Shown piece after piece: positions 28,012 through 43,855 of a stretch of 45,275 nt of DNA. Under the pieces are notes generated by a model. The model was not told where the DNA came from. It worked only from the letters and a program-made list of their open reading frames with translations, and did no database searches. Made by a program: the position numbers and the translations under genes. The DNA is from Acidimicrobiia bacterium (GTDB lineage Bacteria; Actinomycetota; Acidimicrobiia; Spongiisociales; SHLN01): assembly GCA_029862065.1 (NCBI GenBank), contig JAOTYB010000001.1, positions 1 to 45,275 on the forward strand. Reading direction: 5' to 3'. How positions within the stretch are numbered: the first letter of the stretch is position 1; the number at the start of each line of letters is the position of its first letter.

Positions 28012-28845
28012 CTACTTCCGGCGCTTCTTGGTACGGCGCCGAACGATGTAGGCGTCACTGGCTTTCTTCTTCTTACGGGTGCGTCCCTCGGGTTTGCCCC
28101 ACGGGCTGACCGGGTGGCGGCCACCAGAGCTCTTGCCTTCGCCGCCTCCCAGCGGATGGTCGACCGGGTTCATGACGACACCGCGGGACTGGGGACGCTT
28201 GCCCTTCCAGCGGTTGCGGCCTGCCTTCCCAATCTTGACGAGCTCGGCCTCGGGGTTGCCGACTTGACCGATGGTCGCTTTGCAATCGAGGGGAACGTTT
28301 CGCATCTCACCCGACGGGAGCCGCAGCAGGGCCAGATCGCCCTCTTTGGCGACCAGCTGCACTGAGGCACCGGCCGAGCGGGCCATTTTGGCGCCGCCGC
28401 GGGGTCGGAGCTCGATGGCGTGCACCGTGGTGCCGGCCGGAATGTTCCGAAGCGGCAGAGCATTGCCGGGAAGAATGTCGACGCCCGTGCCCGACGAAAT
28501 GGTCGAACCGACCTTCAGGCCGAGCGGGGCGAGGATGTATCGCTTCTCTCCGTCGTGATAGTGCAACAGAGCGATTCGGGCATTGCGATTCGGGTCGTAC
28601 TCGATGGCAGCTACCTTGGCGGGGATGTTGTCCTTGTCCCGGCGGAAGTCGACCACGCGGTAGCGGCGCTTGTGGCCGCCACCACGATGGCGCGAGGTGA
28701 TCCGCCCGTGGACGTTGCGGCCGCTGGAGCGAGTCTTGCTCTCCAGGAGGCTCTTCTCCGGTTTCGACTTGGTGATTTCGGCGAAGTCGGAGACCGTTTG
28801 GAAACGGCGACCCGGTGATGTTGGTTTGTAGCGCTTGGTTGGCAT
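28012..28845 (-). CDS. rplB: 50S ribosomal protein L2
   Basis: ORF trimmed to the ATG at 28845 ([21 protein letters not shown]). 277 aa. Confidence 0.95.
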   Translation of the reverse strand: MPTKRYKPTSPGRRFQTVSDFAEITKSKPEKSLLESKTRSSGRNVHGRITSRHRGGGHKRRYRVVDFRRDKDNIPAKVAAIEYDPNRNARIALLHYHDGEKRYILAPLGLKVGSTISSGTGVDILPGNALPLRNIPAGTTVHAIELRPRGGAKMARSAGASVQLVAKEGDLALLRLPSGEMRNVPLDCKATIGQVGNPEAELVKIGKAGRNRWKGKRPQSRGVVMNPVDHPLGGGEGKSSGGRHPVSPWGKPEGRTRKKKKASDAYIVRRRTKKRRK

Positions 28846-28849
28846 GGTC

Positions 28850-29134
28850 CTATACCTCGAAGATGTCGATCGAATCGCCGTCGGCGAGCGTAACAACGGC
28901 TCGCTTGCGGTCGGGCGTGCGGCCGATCTTGTAGCCGGCCCGCCGCTTCTTGCCCTTGCGGTTGATGGTGTTCACCTTGCGAACCTTGACTTCGAAGATC
29001 TCCTCGACCGCCTGGCGAATCTCGGTCTTGTTGGCGCGGGGGTCGACCATGAAGGTGTAGGCGTTGAGCGCATCGATGGCGTCGTAGGCCTTCTCAGACA
29101 CGATGGGCTCGATGATGATGTCGCGGGGGTTCAT
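28850..29134 (-). CDS. rplW: 50S ribosomal protein L23
   Basis: 94 aa, [17 protein letters not shown]. Confidence 0.9.
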   Translation of the reverse strand: MNPRDIIIEPIVSEKAYDAIDALNAYTFMVDPRANKTEIRQAVEEIFEVKVRKVNTINRKGKKRRAGYKIGRTPDRKRAVVTLADGDSIDIFEV

Positions 29135-29943
29135 GAGGTCTCCTCACGAGCTTCCACCACATCTGAGTCGGCCTCCTCGACCGTCGACTGCTCACCGCCC
29201 ACCGCTGCTTCCTCGGCTTCGACGGGGGTTGCTGCTTCGTCCGCTGAGTCGTGTTCGCGGTCGGCGGTCGGCGGTGGGCTGTCCGCTTCCTTGACGAAGT
29301 CAGACTCCCCCACCGAATAGTCGCTGGCGCCGGTGGCGGCGTCGAGGGTGCCCTGGGTGAAGACCACTGTGTCGGCCCACAGGACGTCGTAGGGATTGAG
29401 CTGGCCGTTGATGACGACGTTCTCAACGTTACGCAGCGAGAGCGTCGCCACAGTATCGGAGCGATCGAGCACCATCAGCACCTTCGAACCGGCGTCGATT
29501 GCCTTGAGCAGGTCGGTGGCGCGCTTGGTCTTGGGCTCGTCCCAGTCGAAGGCGTCGACGACGCGGATCGATCCGTCGCCGGCGCGGGCCGACAACGCCG
29601 AGCGCAACGCCAGGCGCTTCATCTTCTTGGGGGTGCGTTGGGAGTAGTCGCGAGGCTTGGGCCCGTGAGCGACGCCGCCACCGGTCCAAGAAGGAGAGCG
29701 AATGCTGCCATGACGGGCACGACCCAGGCCCTTCTGGCGCCACGGTTTCCTACCGCCGCCCCTGACTTCAGCCCGGGTCTTGGTGCTGTGGGTCCCGGCC
29801 CGGGCCGCCGCCAGTTGGGCAGTCACTACCTGATGGAGCACGGCCATATTGGGCTCGATCCCGAACAGGGCGGCGTCGAGGATGACCTCACCTTTGGCGG
29901 AGCCATCGGACGAATACAGCGGAGCCGTCACCTTGTCAGGCAT
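29131..29943 (-). CDS. rplD: 50S ribosomal protein L4 with a C-terminal acidic tail of about 65 aa
   Basis: 270 aa. The core includes ..[39 protein letters not shown].. The tail is E/A/D-rich. Confidence 0.9.
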   Translation of the reverse strand: MPDKVTAPLYSSDGSAKGEVILDAALFGIEPNMAVLHQVVTAQLAAARAGTHSTKTRAEVRGGGRKPWRQKGLGRARHGSIRSPSWTGGGVAHGPKPRDYSQRTPKKMKRLALRSALSARAGDGSIRVVDAFDWDEPKTKRATDLLKAIDAGSKVLMVLDRSDTVATLSLRNVENVVINGQLNPYDVLWADTVVFTQGTLDAATGASDYSVGESDFVKEADSPPPTADREHDSADEAATPVEAEEAAVGGEQSTVEEADSDVVEAREETS

Positions 29944-30574
29944 TGGCTTTCACCGCCTGTCGCACAACAACCACCGAGCCTTTGTTGCCGGGTACGGCGC
30001 CGTGCAGCATGACGAGGCCGCGTTCGGCGTCTACCTGAACGACATCGAGGTTGAGCACAGTCGTCTGTTCGCCACCCATGCGGCCGGCCATAGGCATTCC
30101 CTTGAAGACCCGGGCCGGCGTTGCGCAGGCCCCGATCGAACCGGGAGCCCGGTGGACCCGGTGCACACCATGACTGGCAGTCTGACCGGCGAAATTGTGA
30201 CGCTTCATGACGCCGGCAAAGCCCTTGCCCTTGCTCAGTCCGGCTACGTCGGCCTTTTGCCCGACCTCGAGCACGTCGGCGACATTGATCTCCTGGCCGA
30301 CCTTGTACTCGGACGCATCGGGCACCCGCACCTCAATGAGGTGGCGGGTGGGGGGGACGTTGGCCTTGGCGAAATGTCCGGTCATCGGCTTGTTGACCTT
30401 GCGGGCATCCAACTCGCGATACGAAATCTGGATGGCGTGGTAGCCATCTGTCGCATCGGTCTTGACCTGCACGACACGGCACGGACCAAGCTTCACGACG
30501 GTTACCGGAATCGACCGGGCCTCTTCGTCGAATATCTGGGTCATCCCCAGCTTCTCGCCGATGAGAGCGTTCAT
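29936..30574 (-). CDS. rplC: 50S ribosomal protein L3
   Basis: 212 aa, [27 protein letters not shown]. Confidence 0.95.
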   Translation of the reverse strand: MNALIGEKLGMTQIFDEEARSIPVTVVKLGPCRVVQVKTDATDGYHAIQISYRELDARKVNKPMTGHFAKANVPPTRHLIEVRVPDASEYKVGQEINVADVLEVGQKADVAGLSKGKGFAGVMKRHNFAGQTASHGVHRVHRAPGSIGACATPARVFKGMPMAGRMGGEQTTVLNLDVVQVDAERGLVMLHGAVPGNKGSVVVVRQAVKANA

Positions 30575-30882
30575 AACTTGATCTCGACTTCCACCCCGGC
30601 CGGCAAGTCGAGACGCATTAGCGAGTCAACCGTCTTGGCTGTCGGCTCGAGAATGTCAATGAGGCGCTTGTGGATCCTCATCTCGAAATGCTCGCGGGAG
30701 TCTTTGTCCACGTGGGGACCGCGGATCACGCAATAGCGGTGAATCTGAGTCGGCAATGGCACCGGCCCTTTGATCTTCGCCTGGGTGCGCACAACCGTTT
30801 CGGCAATTTTGCGCGCCGACTCGTCGACCACTTCGTGGTCGTACGCCTTGAGGCGAATTCGGATCTTCTGGCCGGTGGTCAT
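30571..30882 (-). CDS. rpsJ: 30S ribosomal protein S10
   Basis: 103 aa, ..[26 protein letters not shown].. Confidence 0.95.
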   Translation of the reverse strand: MTTGQKIRIRLKAYDHEVVDESARKIAETVVRTQAKIKGPVPLPTQIHRYCVIRGPHVDKDSREHFEMRIHKRLIDILEPTAKTVDSLMRLDLPAGVEVEIKL

Positions 30883-30902
30883 TGCCTACCTGATTTCTTT
30901 CG

Positions 30903-32090
30903 CTATTCGACGATCTTGACGACGCGGCCGGCACCGACGGTGCGGCCACCCTCGCGAATGGCGAAGCGAAGGCCTTCGTCCATGGCGATGGGGGCAATGA
31001 GCTCGACCGACATCTCGGTGTTGTCTCCCGGCATGACCATCTCGGTGCCCTCTGGCAGCGTGACGTTGCCGGTGACGTCCGTGGTGCGGAAGTAGAACTG
31101 CGGCCGATAGCCGGCAAAGAACGGGTTGTGACGCCCACCCTCGTCCTTGGTCAGCACGTAGACCTGGGCCTCGAACTTCGTGTGCGGAGTGATGGACCCT
31201 GGCTCGCAGACCACCTGGCCGCGCTCGACGTCATCCTTGCCGGTACCGCGCAACAAGAGGCCGACGTTGTCGCCGGCATCAGCGCTGTCGAGCAGCTTGC
31301 GGAACATCTCGACGCCGGTCACCGTCGTGGTTGACGTGGGGCGAATTCCGACAATCTCGACCTCGGTGTTGATATTGAGCGTGCCCTGCTCCACCCGTCC
31401 GGTGACAACGGTGCCCCGGCCGGTGATGGAGAAGACGTCTTCGATCGGCATTTGGAACGGCTTGTCCTTGTCCCGTACCGGCTGCTCAATGTAGGTATCG
31501 ACAGCTTCCATGAGCTCCATGACTTGGCCGGCGGCGGCCTCGTCGCCTTCGAGAGCCTTGAGAGCCGAGCCACGGATGACGGGGATGTCGTCGCCGGGGA
31601 ACTCGTACTCGCTCAACAGCTCGCGGACTTCCAGCTCCACCAGGTCGAGGAGCTCCTCGTCGTCGACCATGTCGACCTTGTTGAGGAACACCACGATGGC
31701 GGGGACGCCAACCTGACGGGCGAGCAGCACGTGCTCACGGGTCTGGGGCATCGGGCCATCGGCGGCGGAGACCACCAGGATGGCTCCGTCAACCTGGGCG
31801 GCGCCGGTGATCATGTTCTTGATGTAATCGGCGTGACCGGGCATGTCGACGTGGGCGTAGTGACGGTTCTCCGTCTCGTACTCCACATGAGCGATGGCGA
31901 TGGTGATGCCACGCTCTTTCTCCTCAGGAGCCTTGTCGATCTCGTCGAAAGCGGTGAACACACTGCCGCCACCCTTTTCCGCCAGCACCTTGGTGATAGC
32001 GGCGGTCAGCGTCGTCTTGCCATGGTCGATGTGACCCATGGTCCCGACGTTTACGTGGGGTTTATTCCGCTCGAACTTTTCCTTTGCCAT
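30903..32090 (-). CDS. tuf: elongation factor Tu
   Basis: 395 aa, [32 protein letters not shown]. Only 20 nt from rpsJ. Confidence 0.97.
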   Translation of the reverse strand: MAKEKFERNKPHVNVGTMGHIDHGKTTLTAAITKVLAEKGGGSVFTAFDEIDKAPEEKERGITIAIAHVEYETENRHYAHVDMPGHADYIKNMITGAAQVDGAILVVSAADGPMPQTREHVLLARQVGVPAIVVFLNKVDMVDDEELLDLVELEVRELLSEYEFPGDDIPVIRGSALKALEGDEAAAGQVMELMEAVDTYIEQPVRDKDKPFQMPIEDVFSITGRGTVVTGRVEQGTLNINTEVEIVGIRPTSTTTVTGVEMFRKLLDSADAGDNVGLLLRGTGKDDVERGQVVCEPGSITPHTKFEAQVYVLTKDEGGRHNPFFAGYRPQFYFRTTDVTGNVTLPEGTEMVMPGDNTEMSVELIAPIAMDEGLRFAIREGGRTVGAGRVVKIVE

Positions 32091-32108
32091 TTGCCCTTCT
32101 CCTACTAG

Positions 32109-34199
32109 CTATTCGCCACGGGTTTTCTTGACGATTTCTTCTGCGATTGTGTTGGGAACTTCTTGATACGAATGAAACTGCATCGAGTACGACGCCCGAC
32201 CTTGCGTTTGTGAACGCACCTCGGTCGCATACCCGAACATCTCCGAGAGCGGGACCAGCGCCGTCACCACGCGGCCGCTGCCGCGCTGATCCATGCTCTC
32301 GATCTTGCCGCGCCGCGCCGAAAGGTCACCGATGACGTCGCCCATGTAATCCTCAGGCGTCACCACCTCGACCTCCATGATCGGTTCAAGCAACTTGATT
32401 CCGGCTCGCTTGGCGGCGTTCTGCAAGGCCATGGAGCCGGCGATGCGGAAGGCCATCTCGTTTGAGTCGACGGCGTGGAACGACCCGTCCACCAGAGTGG
32501 CTCGCAGGTCGACTAGCGGATAGCCCGCCAGGACACCACCTTCGAGGGCCTCACGAATGCCCTTCTCTACGGCCGAGATGTACTCGCGGGGAATACGGCC
32601 GCCGGTGATCTTGTCAATGAACTCAAAGCCCTCGCCCGGAAGCGCCGGCTCGAGGTTAATAACGGCGTGCCCGTATTGGCCCTTGCCGCCCGACTGCTTG
32701 ACATACTTGCCATCGATCTTCTCGACGGCCTTGCCGATGGTCTCCCGATAGGCCACCTGGGGGCGGCCGACATTGGCGCCGACGTTGAACTCGCGCACCA
32801 TCCGATCGACCAGCACATCCAAATGCAGCTCACCCATTCCGGCGATGATGGTCTGGCCGGTCTCCTCATCTGAATGCACGACGAAGGTCGGGTCTTCTTC
32901 TGACAAGCGCTGGAGAGCCTGGCCGAGCTTCTCCTGATCGCTCTTGGTCTTGGGTTCGATTGCCACCGAAATGACCGGCTCCGGGAAGGTCATGGACTCG
33001 AGAACGATCGGGTCGTTGGGGTCGCACAGGGTGTCGCCGGTCTTGGTGTGCTTCATCCCGATGGCAGCGACAATGTCTCCGGTGAACACCGCGTCGATAT
33101 CTTCCTGGGTGGCGGCGTGCATGCGAAGCAGCCGGCCGAACCGCTCCTTCTTCCCGCTGGTGGAGTTGGCGACGGTGTCGCCTTTGTCGACGCTGCCGGA
33201 GTACACGCGGAAGTACGTGAGCTTGCCGACGTACGGGTCGCTCATGATTTTGAAGGCAATAGCGGAAAACGGCTCGTCGTCGTTTGGCGCACGCTCGATG
33301 AGTACATCCTCGTTACCCGGCTTGAACCCGGTCATCGGTGGAAGATCGAGCGGATGGGGAAGCAAATCGACGACCGCGTCGAGCAAGGGCTGCACGCCTT
33401 TGTTCTTAAAGGCGCTGCCGCACAACACCGGCGTGAAATCGAGTGCGAGGGTGCCAATACGCAGACCTTGCAGGATGTCCTTCTCCGAAAGGAAACCCTC
33501 CTCGATGTAGCGGGTGAGGAGGGTGTCGTCGGTCTCGGCCACGATCTCCATAAGCTCGGCGTGGTAGGTCCGGGCCTGCTCTTCATACTCGGCGGGGATC
33601 TCTACCTCGTCCCACTCGGCTCCCAGCTCTTCGTTCTTCCACACGAGGGCCTTCATGCGAACCAGATCTATGACGCCGGCGAACTCAGCCTCAGCGCCGA
33701 TGGGAAGCTGGATCACTACCGGGCGGGCGTCGAGACGCTCCTTGATCGACTCAACTGCCGTGTAGAAGTCAGCCCCGGTGCGGTCCATCTTGTTGACGAA
33801 GCAGATTCGGGGAACGCCGTACTTGTCAGCCTGGCGCCATACCGTCTCGGTTTGCGGCTCGACTCCGGCGACTCCGTCGAACACTGCGACTGCACCGTCG
33901 AGGACCCTGAGGCTCCGCTCCACCTCAACGGTGAAGTCGACGTGCCCGGGGGTGTCGATGATGTTGATCCACTCGTCCTTCCACTGGGCGGTGGTAGCGG
34001 CCGAGGTAATGGTGATGCCGCGTTCCTGCTCTTGCTCCATCCAGTCCATGACGGCGGCGCCATCGTGAACCTCACCGATCTTGTAGGTGCGGCCGGTGTA
34101 ATAGAGGATTCGCTCGGTGGTAGTTGTCTTGCCGGCGTCGATATGCGCCATGATCCCGATATTGCGGACCTTTTCGAGGGGGTAGGAACGTTCAGACAT
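32109..34199 (-). CDS. fusA: elongation factor G
   Basis: 696 aa, ..[26 protein letters not shown].. Confidence 0.97.
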   Translation of the reverse strand: MSERSYPLEKVRNIGIMAHIDAGKTTTTERILYYTGRTYKIGEVHDGAAVMDWMEQEQERGITITSAATTAQWKDEWINIIDTPGHVDFTVEVERSLRVLDGAVAVFDGVAGVEPQTETVWRQADKYGVPRICFVNKMDRTGADFYTAVESIKERLDARPVVIQLPIGAEAEFAGVIDLVRMKALVWKNEELGAEWDEVEIPAEYEEQARTYHAELMEIVAETDDTLLTRYIEEGFLSEKDILQGLRIGTLALDFTPVLCGSAFKNKGVQPLLDAVVDLLPHPLDLPPMTGFKPGNEDVLIERAPNDDEPFSAIAFKIMSDPYVGKLTYFRVYSGSVDKGDTVANSTSGKKERFGRLLRMHAATQEDIDAVFTGDIVAAIGMKHTKTGDTLCDPNDPIVLESMTFPEPVISVAIEPKTKSDQEKLGQALQRLSEEDPTFVVHSDEETGQTIIAGMGELHLDVLVDRMVREFNVGANVGRPQVAYRETIGKAVEKIDGKYVKQSGGKGQYGHAVINLEPALPGEGFEFIDKITGGRIPREYISAVEKGIREALEGGVLAGYPLVDLRATLVDGSFHAVDSNEMAFRIAGSMALQNAAKRAGIKLLEPIMEVEVVTPEDYMGDVIGDLSARRGKIESMDQRGSGRVVTALVPLSEMFGYATEVRSQTQGRASYSMQFHSYQEVPNTIAEEIVKKTRGE

Positions 34200-34204
34200 G
34201 ACGG

Positions 34205-34672
34205 CTACCAGCGGTAGTGGGCGAAGGCCTTGTTGGATTCAGCCATCTTGTGAATGTCGTCGCGTCGCTTGACGGCACCGCCGGCGTTGTCTGCGGCATC
34301 GAGGATCTCGTTGGCGAGACGCTCCGCCATGGTGTTCTCCCGGCGCTTGCGGGCGAACTCGACCAGCCAGCGCACAGCCAGGGTGTTAGCGCGACGGGGA
34401 CGCACCTCAACGGGTACTTGATAGGACGAGCCACCCACCCGGCGGGACCGCACCTCGACGCTTGGTCGGATGTTGTCGATGGCGCGTTTGAGCGTATTGA
34501 GCGGATCATCACCGCGGCGGCGTTCGACCATAGTGAGGGAGTCGTACACAATCTTGCGGGCAACTTCCTTCTTGCCTTTCCATAGGACCTTGTTGACGAT
34601 CTGGCTGACCAACACCGATCCGTAGACCGGATCGGGAGTGGCATTGCGAACTTCGGCGGCTGAGCGACGCAT
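34205..34672 (-). CDS. rpsG: 30S ribosomal protein S7
   Basis: 155 aa, ..[38 protein letters not shown]. Confidence 0.95.
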   Translation of the reverse strand: MRRSAAEVRNATPDPVYGSVLVSQIVNKVLWKGKKEVARKIVYDSLTMVERRRGDDPLNTLKRAIDNIRPSVEVRSRRVGGSSYQVPVEVRPRRANTLAVRWLVEFARKRRENTMAERLANEILDAADNAGGAVKRRDDIHKMAESNKAFAHYRW

Positions 34673-34678
34673 AGCTAG

Positions 34679-35047
34679 TTAGCTCTTCTTCGATCCGTAG
34701 CGGGACCGCGACTGATTGCGCTCCGTGACGCCGGCGGCGTCGAGAGCTCCACGAATGACCTTGTAGCGGATACCGGGGAGATCCTTCACCCGGCCACCAC
34801 GCACGAGCACGATTGAGTGCTCCTGGAGGTTGTGGCCCTCACCGGGAATATAGGCGGTGACTTCGACGCCTGAGCTGAGGCGGACGCGACACACTTTGCG
34901 CAGCGCAGAGTTGGGTTTCTTGGGAGTGACGGTGTACACACGCGTGCAGACACCCCGCCGTTGCGGAGCTCCACCCAGTCCGGGTGTCTTTTCCTTCTTG
35001 CCCTTCGGCGTCCGGCCCTCACGAACCAGTTGCTGAATAGTTGGCAT
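34679..35047 (-). CDS. rpsL: 30S ribosomal protein S12
   Basis: ORF 34679..35116 trimmed to the ATG at 35047 ([12 protein letters not shown]...). 122 aa. Confidence 0.95.
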   Translation of the reverse strand: MPTIQQLVREGRTPKGKKEKTPGLGGAPQRRGVCTRVYTVTPKKPNSALRKVCRVRLSSGVEVTAYIPGEGHNLQEHSIVLVRGGRVKDLPGIRYKVIRGALDAAGVTERNQSRSRYGSKKS

Positions 35048-35116
35048 GCGGTCTTCTCTCTTGCCTGCCGGTGAAACCGGCCTCGCAGCAGGGTTTCCCC
35101 CGCTCTTTCCAATCAT

Positions 35117-35171
35117 GAACTACCGGAGGTAGTTCCCAAACTGCCGCTAGGCAGTCGCCGTCGCAGACGGC
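35117..35171 (-). other. three consecutive perfect hairpins in the presumed rpsL 5' leader
   Basis: GAACTACC-GGA-GGTAGTTC (35117..35135), CTGCC-GCTA-GGCAG (35141..35154) and GCCGTC-GCA-GACGGC (35157..35171), lying 70-125 nt upstream of the rpsL ATG. Confidence 0.35.
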
Positions 35172-35506
35172 TCACTCTTTGCAGACACGCGTAAAGTCGG
35201 CGCTTCACTCTGAGCGAGCAAAACCGCCGACCTTATGGGGTCCGTCTCCCGTGGGTCAGTCCTTCAATTGGTCGGAACCGAAGGACCCTCTGGAATCGGA
35301 CGAGCACGCGCTACCGCGACACGGGAGTATAGGTCCCTTTATCCACAAGTAGCAAAGGACCTTGGGCGAGTTTCGCGAGGCGGTTTCTGCCCGGCCCGGA
35401 CTGACCAAGAGGTGGGGTCCTTCGGCTCTGGCGCCGTCGGCTCATACCGACGTATCTTGATGTTGCTGGGTAGGGGTGCGGGAAAACACTCTCACACGGG
35501 AGGATC

Positions 35507-35803
35507 ATGCGGATTATTGAGATCTGCACCGTCGGCGCCGCCGCCGCCTACCTGGCGTTCAGCTACAGCTCCACCGGCTCCGGGTACCTGCACGCCGCGT
35601 CGTTTCTGCTGGCTGCCTGCGTGGGCGTGCTAACAATCGGCTGTGCCATCGCCGTTGGATCCCACGCGTGGCCCGAGGACACCGCGCTTGTCTTCGCCGG
35701 GCCGCGGTTCCTTCACTTGTGCCACGAGTGTGGACGCCGAATGCGTCGGGAAAGGTCGGCATGGGTGTGTCAGCGCTGCGATCGAAGCCCCATCCTCTGG
35801 TAG
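35507..35803 (+). CDS. hypothetical small membrane protein with a C-terminal zinc-ribbon (CxxC-x13-CxxC)
   Basis: 98 aa. GGGAGGA lies just upstream of the ATG. Two hydrophobic helices are followed by HLCHECGRRMRRERSAWVCQRCD. No family was recognised. Confidence 0.4.
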   Translation: MRIIEICTVGAAAAYLAFSYSSTGSGYLHAASFLLAACVGVLTIGCAIAVGSHAWPEDTALVFAGPRFLHLCHECGRRMRRERSAWVCQRCDRSPILW

Positions 35804-36468
35804 CCGGGGCGAGCAATTTCGAGTGCTGAGTTACTGCAGGAACCGCCCGTTTCATAAGCTCACGTTCGCCAGCCCATTCTGACCAACCGGGCTCCCTCGG
35901 GACGGATTCCCGGCTAATTCAGCCTCCGGCGAGCCCCGCCCCGAACCCAAGACTGCCTGCACCAATGGGATTATGGTGAGAAAGCGATGTCCATGACCGT
36001 GGGTCGTGGCAATACCAGAGGAGTCACGTGAACCAGGCGATTGGCCCGCCCCTGAGAGGTGCCGAGGCGCCGCCGAGGGTTTCCCGAGACATTGCGGAGA
36101 GTGATGAACGAAGGTGAACCCGCACCGGAAAACCTGCCGGACATCGACCAATAAGATCTCCCTGCTTCCGTGACATTCGGCCTCGCCGGGACTCACGAGC
36201 GGCCGACCAACCAGTTCGCCAACGCTGAGTTGTCCCACCTGAGCCCCCGGGCAGTTCCCAAGCGAGTCAATGCATTCCTCCTCGGTCGCGAAGCCGCTCA
36301 CCGCGCCCTTCGCCAACTCAACCGCGACGATCGACCGATACCTACCGGCCCGGATCGCGATATATCGGCTCGGCGGTGCTGGAGACGCCCGGAGAAGGAA
36401 GCTCACCACCCGGCATCCACTACGCCCCCGCCGGGCCGATCAGTCGGTCGACCGGGGGCCGACGCTGG

Positions 36469-40383
<3,915 letters not shown>

Positions 40384-40422
40384 GCGGGTCCCCTTCTCAG
40401 TCCGTTATCAATCCGTAAAAAG

Positions 40423-43400
40423 CTATTCCTCGGTCCGCTCAGGACGCGAGATGTCGATACCCAATGATTCAGCAGTGCGGAAGACGTCCTCGTCCAGCTC
40501 CTTGAGCTGCACTTCCTCACCGGCCGAGAGCATCTCGACGTTGAGGCACAGGGACTGCATTTCCTTCACCAATACCTTGAAACTCTCTGGTATTCCCGGC
40601 TCGGGGATGTTCTCCCCCTTGACGATGGCCTCGTACACCTTGACCCGGCCATTCACATCGTCCGACTTGATGGTCAACAGCTCCTGCAGGGCGTAGGCGG
40701 CGCCGTAGGCCTCCAGGGCCCACACTTCCATTTCGCCGAAGCGCTGGCCACCGAACTGGGCCTTACCGCCGAGCGGCTGTTGGGTGATCATCGAGTAGGG
40801 ACCGGTCGACCGGGCGTGAATCTTGTCGTCCACCAGGTGGAGCAGCTTCAACACGTACAAGTAGCCGACCGTGACCGGCTGATCGAAGTCCTTGCCGTTG
40901 CGTCCGTCGATGAGGCGGGCCTTGCCGCGCTCGTCGATGAGTTTCATGCCGTCGACGTTCTCGAGCGAGTTCTGCAGTAGCTCGGCAATCTCGCCTTCTC
41001 GGGCACCGTCGAATACCGGGGTGGCCACTCGCTGCCACGGCTTGGCTCCTCCATTGGCCGGGCTGTCGGCCTTGAACGAGTTCCAACCGCGGGCGGCGGC
41101 CCATCCGAGATGGGTCTCGAGCACCTGGCCGAGGTTCATGCGTGACGGAACACCGAGGGGCGACAACACGATGTCAACCGGGGTGCCGTCCGCCAGGAAC
41201 GGCATGTCCTCCTCCGGGAGGATCTTGGCGATGACGCCCTTGTTGCCGTGGCGTCCTGCCAGCTTGTCTCCCTCGGAGATCTTGCGCTGCTGGCCGACGT
41301 ACACCCGAACCAGTTCGTTCATACCGGGCGGAAGGTCATCACCCGCGTCACGGCTGAACACCTTGACGTCGATGACCTTGCCCCCTTCGCCATGGGGAAT
41401 CTTGAGCGAGGTATCTCGCACCTCACGAGCCTTCTCACCAAAGATGGCCCGCAGCAAGCGCTCCTCGGGGGTCAGCTCGGTCTCACCCTTTGGCGTAACT
41501 TTGCCGACCAGGTAGTCGCCAGGACCAACCTCAGCGCCCACCCGGATGATGCCTTCGTCGTCGAGGTCCCTGAGAACTTCCTCGGCCACGTTGGGGATGT
41601 CACGAGTAATCTCTTCTGCTCCGAGCTTGGTGTCCCGGGCCTCGATCTCGTACTCCTCAATATGGATTGAAGTGAGCACGTCGTCCTTGACGAGCCGCTC
41701 GGACAACACGATGGCGTCCTCGTAGTTGTGGCCGTTCCACGGCATGAAGGCCACGAGCAGATTCTTGCCGAGAGCCAGCTCACCGGCATCGGTCGACGGA
41801 CCGTCGGCCAGCACGTCGCCCTCCTTGACCATGTCGCCTTCATAGACGATCGGCTTCTGGTTGAGGTTGGTGCCCTGATTTGACCGCTCGAACTTCTTGA
41901 GCGAGTAGGTCTTTTTCTTGTTGTTGGAGGATTCCTTCACCACGATGTGGTTACCGGTGATGTCGACCACCTCGCCGGCTCCCTCGGCGATCACCATGTC
42001 GCCTGAGTCGTAGGCAGCCCGCGACTCGACGCCGGTGCCGACCAGTGGGGCCTCAGCGGTGAGCAGAGGAACCGCCTGGCGCATCATGTTGGAGCCCATT
42101 AGGGCGCGGTTGGCATCGTCGTGCTCGAGGAAGGGAATGAGCGCGGTGGCCACCGACACGATCTGCTTGGGCGAAACGTCCATGTAGTCGACGTCCTTGC
42201 CGCTGACGTACTCGATTTCGCCGCCGGTCTTGCGCACCAGCACTCGCGGATTGGCGAACTTGCCACTGTCCTTGAGCGGCGCGTTGGCCTGAGCGATGAC
42301 GAATTCCTCTTCTTCAGAGGCGGTGAGGAAATCGACCCGGCGGGTAACCACGCCCTTGTCGACTCGTCGGTACGGGGTCTCGATGAATCCGAACGGATTG
42401 ACCTTGGCATACGTAGCGAGCGAACCGATCAGGCCGATGTTCGGGCCCTCCGGAGTCTCAATCGGGCACATGCGGCCGTAGTGGGACGGGTGAACGTCTC
42501 GCACTTCGAACCCGGCCCGCTCACGAGAGAGACCGCCAGGGCCGAGCGCCGAAAGACGCCGGCGGTGGGTGAGGCCGGCGAGCGGGTTCGGCTGGTCCAT
42601 GAACTGGCTCAACTGGCTGGTGCCGAAGAACTCCTTGATCGAGGCGACGACCGGCCGGATATTGATGAGGCTCTGGGGGGTGATGACCTCGGGATCCTGG
42701 GTCGTCATCCGCTCCCGGACCACTCGCTCGAGCCGCGTCAGGCCAACTCGCACTTGGTTCTGGATGAGCTCGCCAACCGTGCGAATGCGGCGGTTTCCGA
42801 AATGGTCGATGTCGTCGACGCGAAACCCCTCTTTGTTCTCGTGCAGGGCAACGATGTAACGGATGGTGTCGAGAATGTCTTCACGGGAGAGCAGTCCATG
42901 CTCCTCGCTGTTGTACTTGTCGTTTGACAACACCTTGCGACCGAACTTGGAGGACAGCTTGTAGCGACCAACTCGGGTCAGGTCGTAACGCTTGGGGTTG
43001 TAGAAAAGGGTGTTGATGAGCCCACGGGCGGATTCCACTGTTGTCAGCTCACCAGGGCGAAGCTTGCGATAGAGGTCGAGAAGAGCCTCGTCACGGTCCT
43101 CGGTCGTGTCCTTCTCCAGCGTGTTCTTGATGGACTCAGCTCCGTCGAACAGGGCCAGAATCTCTTCGTCGGTCTCACCGATCTCGAGGGCACGCAGGAA
43201 CGTGGTCACCAACTGGCGACGCTTCCGGTCTACCCGGACCCCGACGGTGTCTTTCTTGTCCGTGTCGAACTCGAGCCAGGCACCCCGCCCCGGGATGACC
43301 TTGGCGGTGTAGACGTCCTTGTCTGAGGTCTTGTCGACCACCTGGTCGAAGTAGACGCCAGGCGAACGGACCAGCTGGCTGACTACCACTCGCTCGGTGC

Positions 43401-43770
43401 CGTTGACGATGAACGTCCCATTGGACGTCATGATCGGGAAATCGCCGAGGAACACCTGCTGCTCCTTGATTTCACCGGTCTGGCGATTCATGAAGCGGGC
43501 GGTGACGAACAGCGGGCGCGAGAAATTGGAGTCGCGCTCTTTGGCTTCCTCAATCGACATGGTCGGCTCGGCAAACCAATGCTCTGTCAGATCGAGAGCA
43601 AGGCTTCCGGTGAAATCCTCAATCGGGAAGACTTCATCGAACAGTTCCTGGAGACCAGTATCCAGGAACCAGTTAAAGCTCTGATGTTGTGTGGCCAGCA
43701 AGTCGGGGAGCGGCTGGACTTCGGGGATCTTGGCAAAGGACAAACGCTGGGCTAAACGCGCAGAGGCCAA
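40423..43770 (-). CDS. rpoB: DNA-directed RNA polymerase subunit beta
   Basis: 1115 aa. TTG start with AGGAGG 8 nt upstream. Canonical blocks are present (..[33 protein letters not shown]..). Confidence 0.97.
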   Translation of the reverse strand: MASARLAQRLSFAKIPEVQPLPDLLATQHQSFNWFLDTGLQELFDEVFPIEDFTGSLALDLTEHWFAEPTMSIEEAKERDSNFSRPLFVTARFMNRQTGEIKEQQVFLGDFPIMTSNGTFIVNGTERVVVSQLVRSPGVYFDQVVDKTSDKDVYTAKVIPGRGAWLEFDTDKKDTVGVRVDRKRRQLVTTFLRALEIGETDEEILALFDGAESIKNTLEKDTTEDRDEALLDLYRKLRPGELTTVESARGLINTLFYNPKRYDLTRVGRYKLSSKFGRKVLSNDKYNSEEHGLLSREDILDTIRYIVALHENKEGFRVDDIDHFGNRRIRTVGELIQNQVRVGLTRLERVVRERMTTQDPEVITPQSLINIRPVVASIKEFFGTSQLSQFMDQPNPLAGLTHRRRLSALGPGGLSRERAGFEVRDVHPSHYGRMCPIETPEGPNIGLIGSLATYAKVNPFGFIETPYRRVDKGVVTRRVDFLTASEEEEFVIAQANAPLKDSGKFANPRVLVRKTGGEIEYVSGKDVDYMDVSPKQIVSVATALIPFLEHDDANRALMGSNMMRQAVPLLTAEAPLVGTGVESRAAYDSGDMVIAEGAGEVVDITGNHIVVKESSNNKKKTYSLKKFERSNQGTNLNQKPIVYEGDMVKEGDVLADGPSTDAGELALGKNLLVAFMPWNGHNYEDAIVLSERLVKDDVLTSIHIEEYEIEARDTKLGAEEITRDIPNVAEEVLRDLDDEGIIRVGAEVGPGDYLVGKVTPKGETELTPEERLLRAIFGEKAREVRDTSLKIPHGEGGKVIDVKVFSRDAGDDLPPGMNELVRVYVGQQRKISEGDKLAGRHGNKGVIAKILPEEDMPFLADGTPVDIVLSPLGVPSRMNLGQVLETHLGWAAARGWNSFKADSPANGGAKPWQRVATPVFDGAREGEIAELLQNSLENVDGMKLIDERGKARLIDGRNGKDFDQPVTVGYLYVLKLLHLVDDKIHARSTGPYSMITQQPLGGKAQFGGQRFGEMEVWALEAYGAAYALQELLTIKSDDVNGRVKVYEAIVKGENIPEPGIPESFKVLVKEMQSLCLNVEMLSAGEEVQLKELDEDVFRTAESLGIDISRPERTEE

Positions 43771-43827
43771 GGCGGGTTCCTCCTAAAAAAGGGCGGCATG
43801 AGACGGCGAACGGCAAGACTAACACAG

Positions 43828-43855
43828 GTGCGAAGATAAAGACAAATCTTCGCAC
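43828..43855. other. perfect 10-bp inverted repeat (GTGCGAAGAT-N8-ATCTTCGCAC) in the hyuB-rpoB spacer; possible terminator or leader hairpin
   Basis: Direct reading. A second 7-bp hairpin, CGACCTC-N10-GAGGTCG, lies at 43871..43894. No clear U-tract follows. Confidence 0.3.

Noticed and set aside
35852-36409. Minus-strand ORF of 185 aa in the rpoC-rpsL gap
   Set aside because: It is R/S/G/P-rich with no motifs and no ribosome-binding site. It overlaps a plus-strand frame with better codon bias (the PPTase-like fragment). It is probably non-coding.
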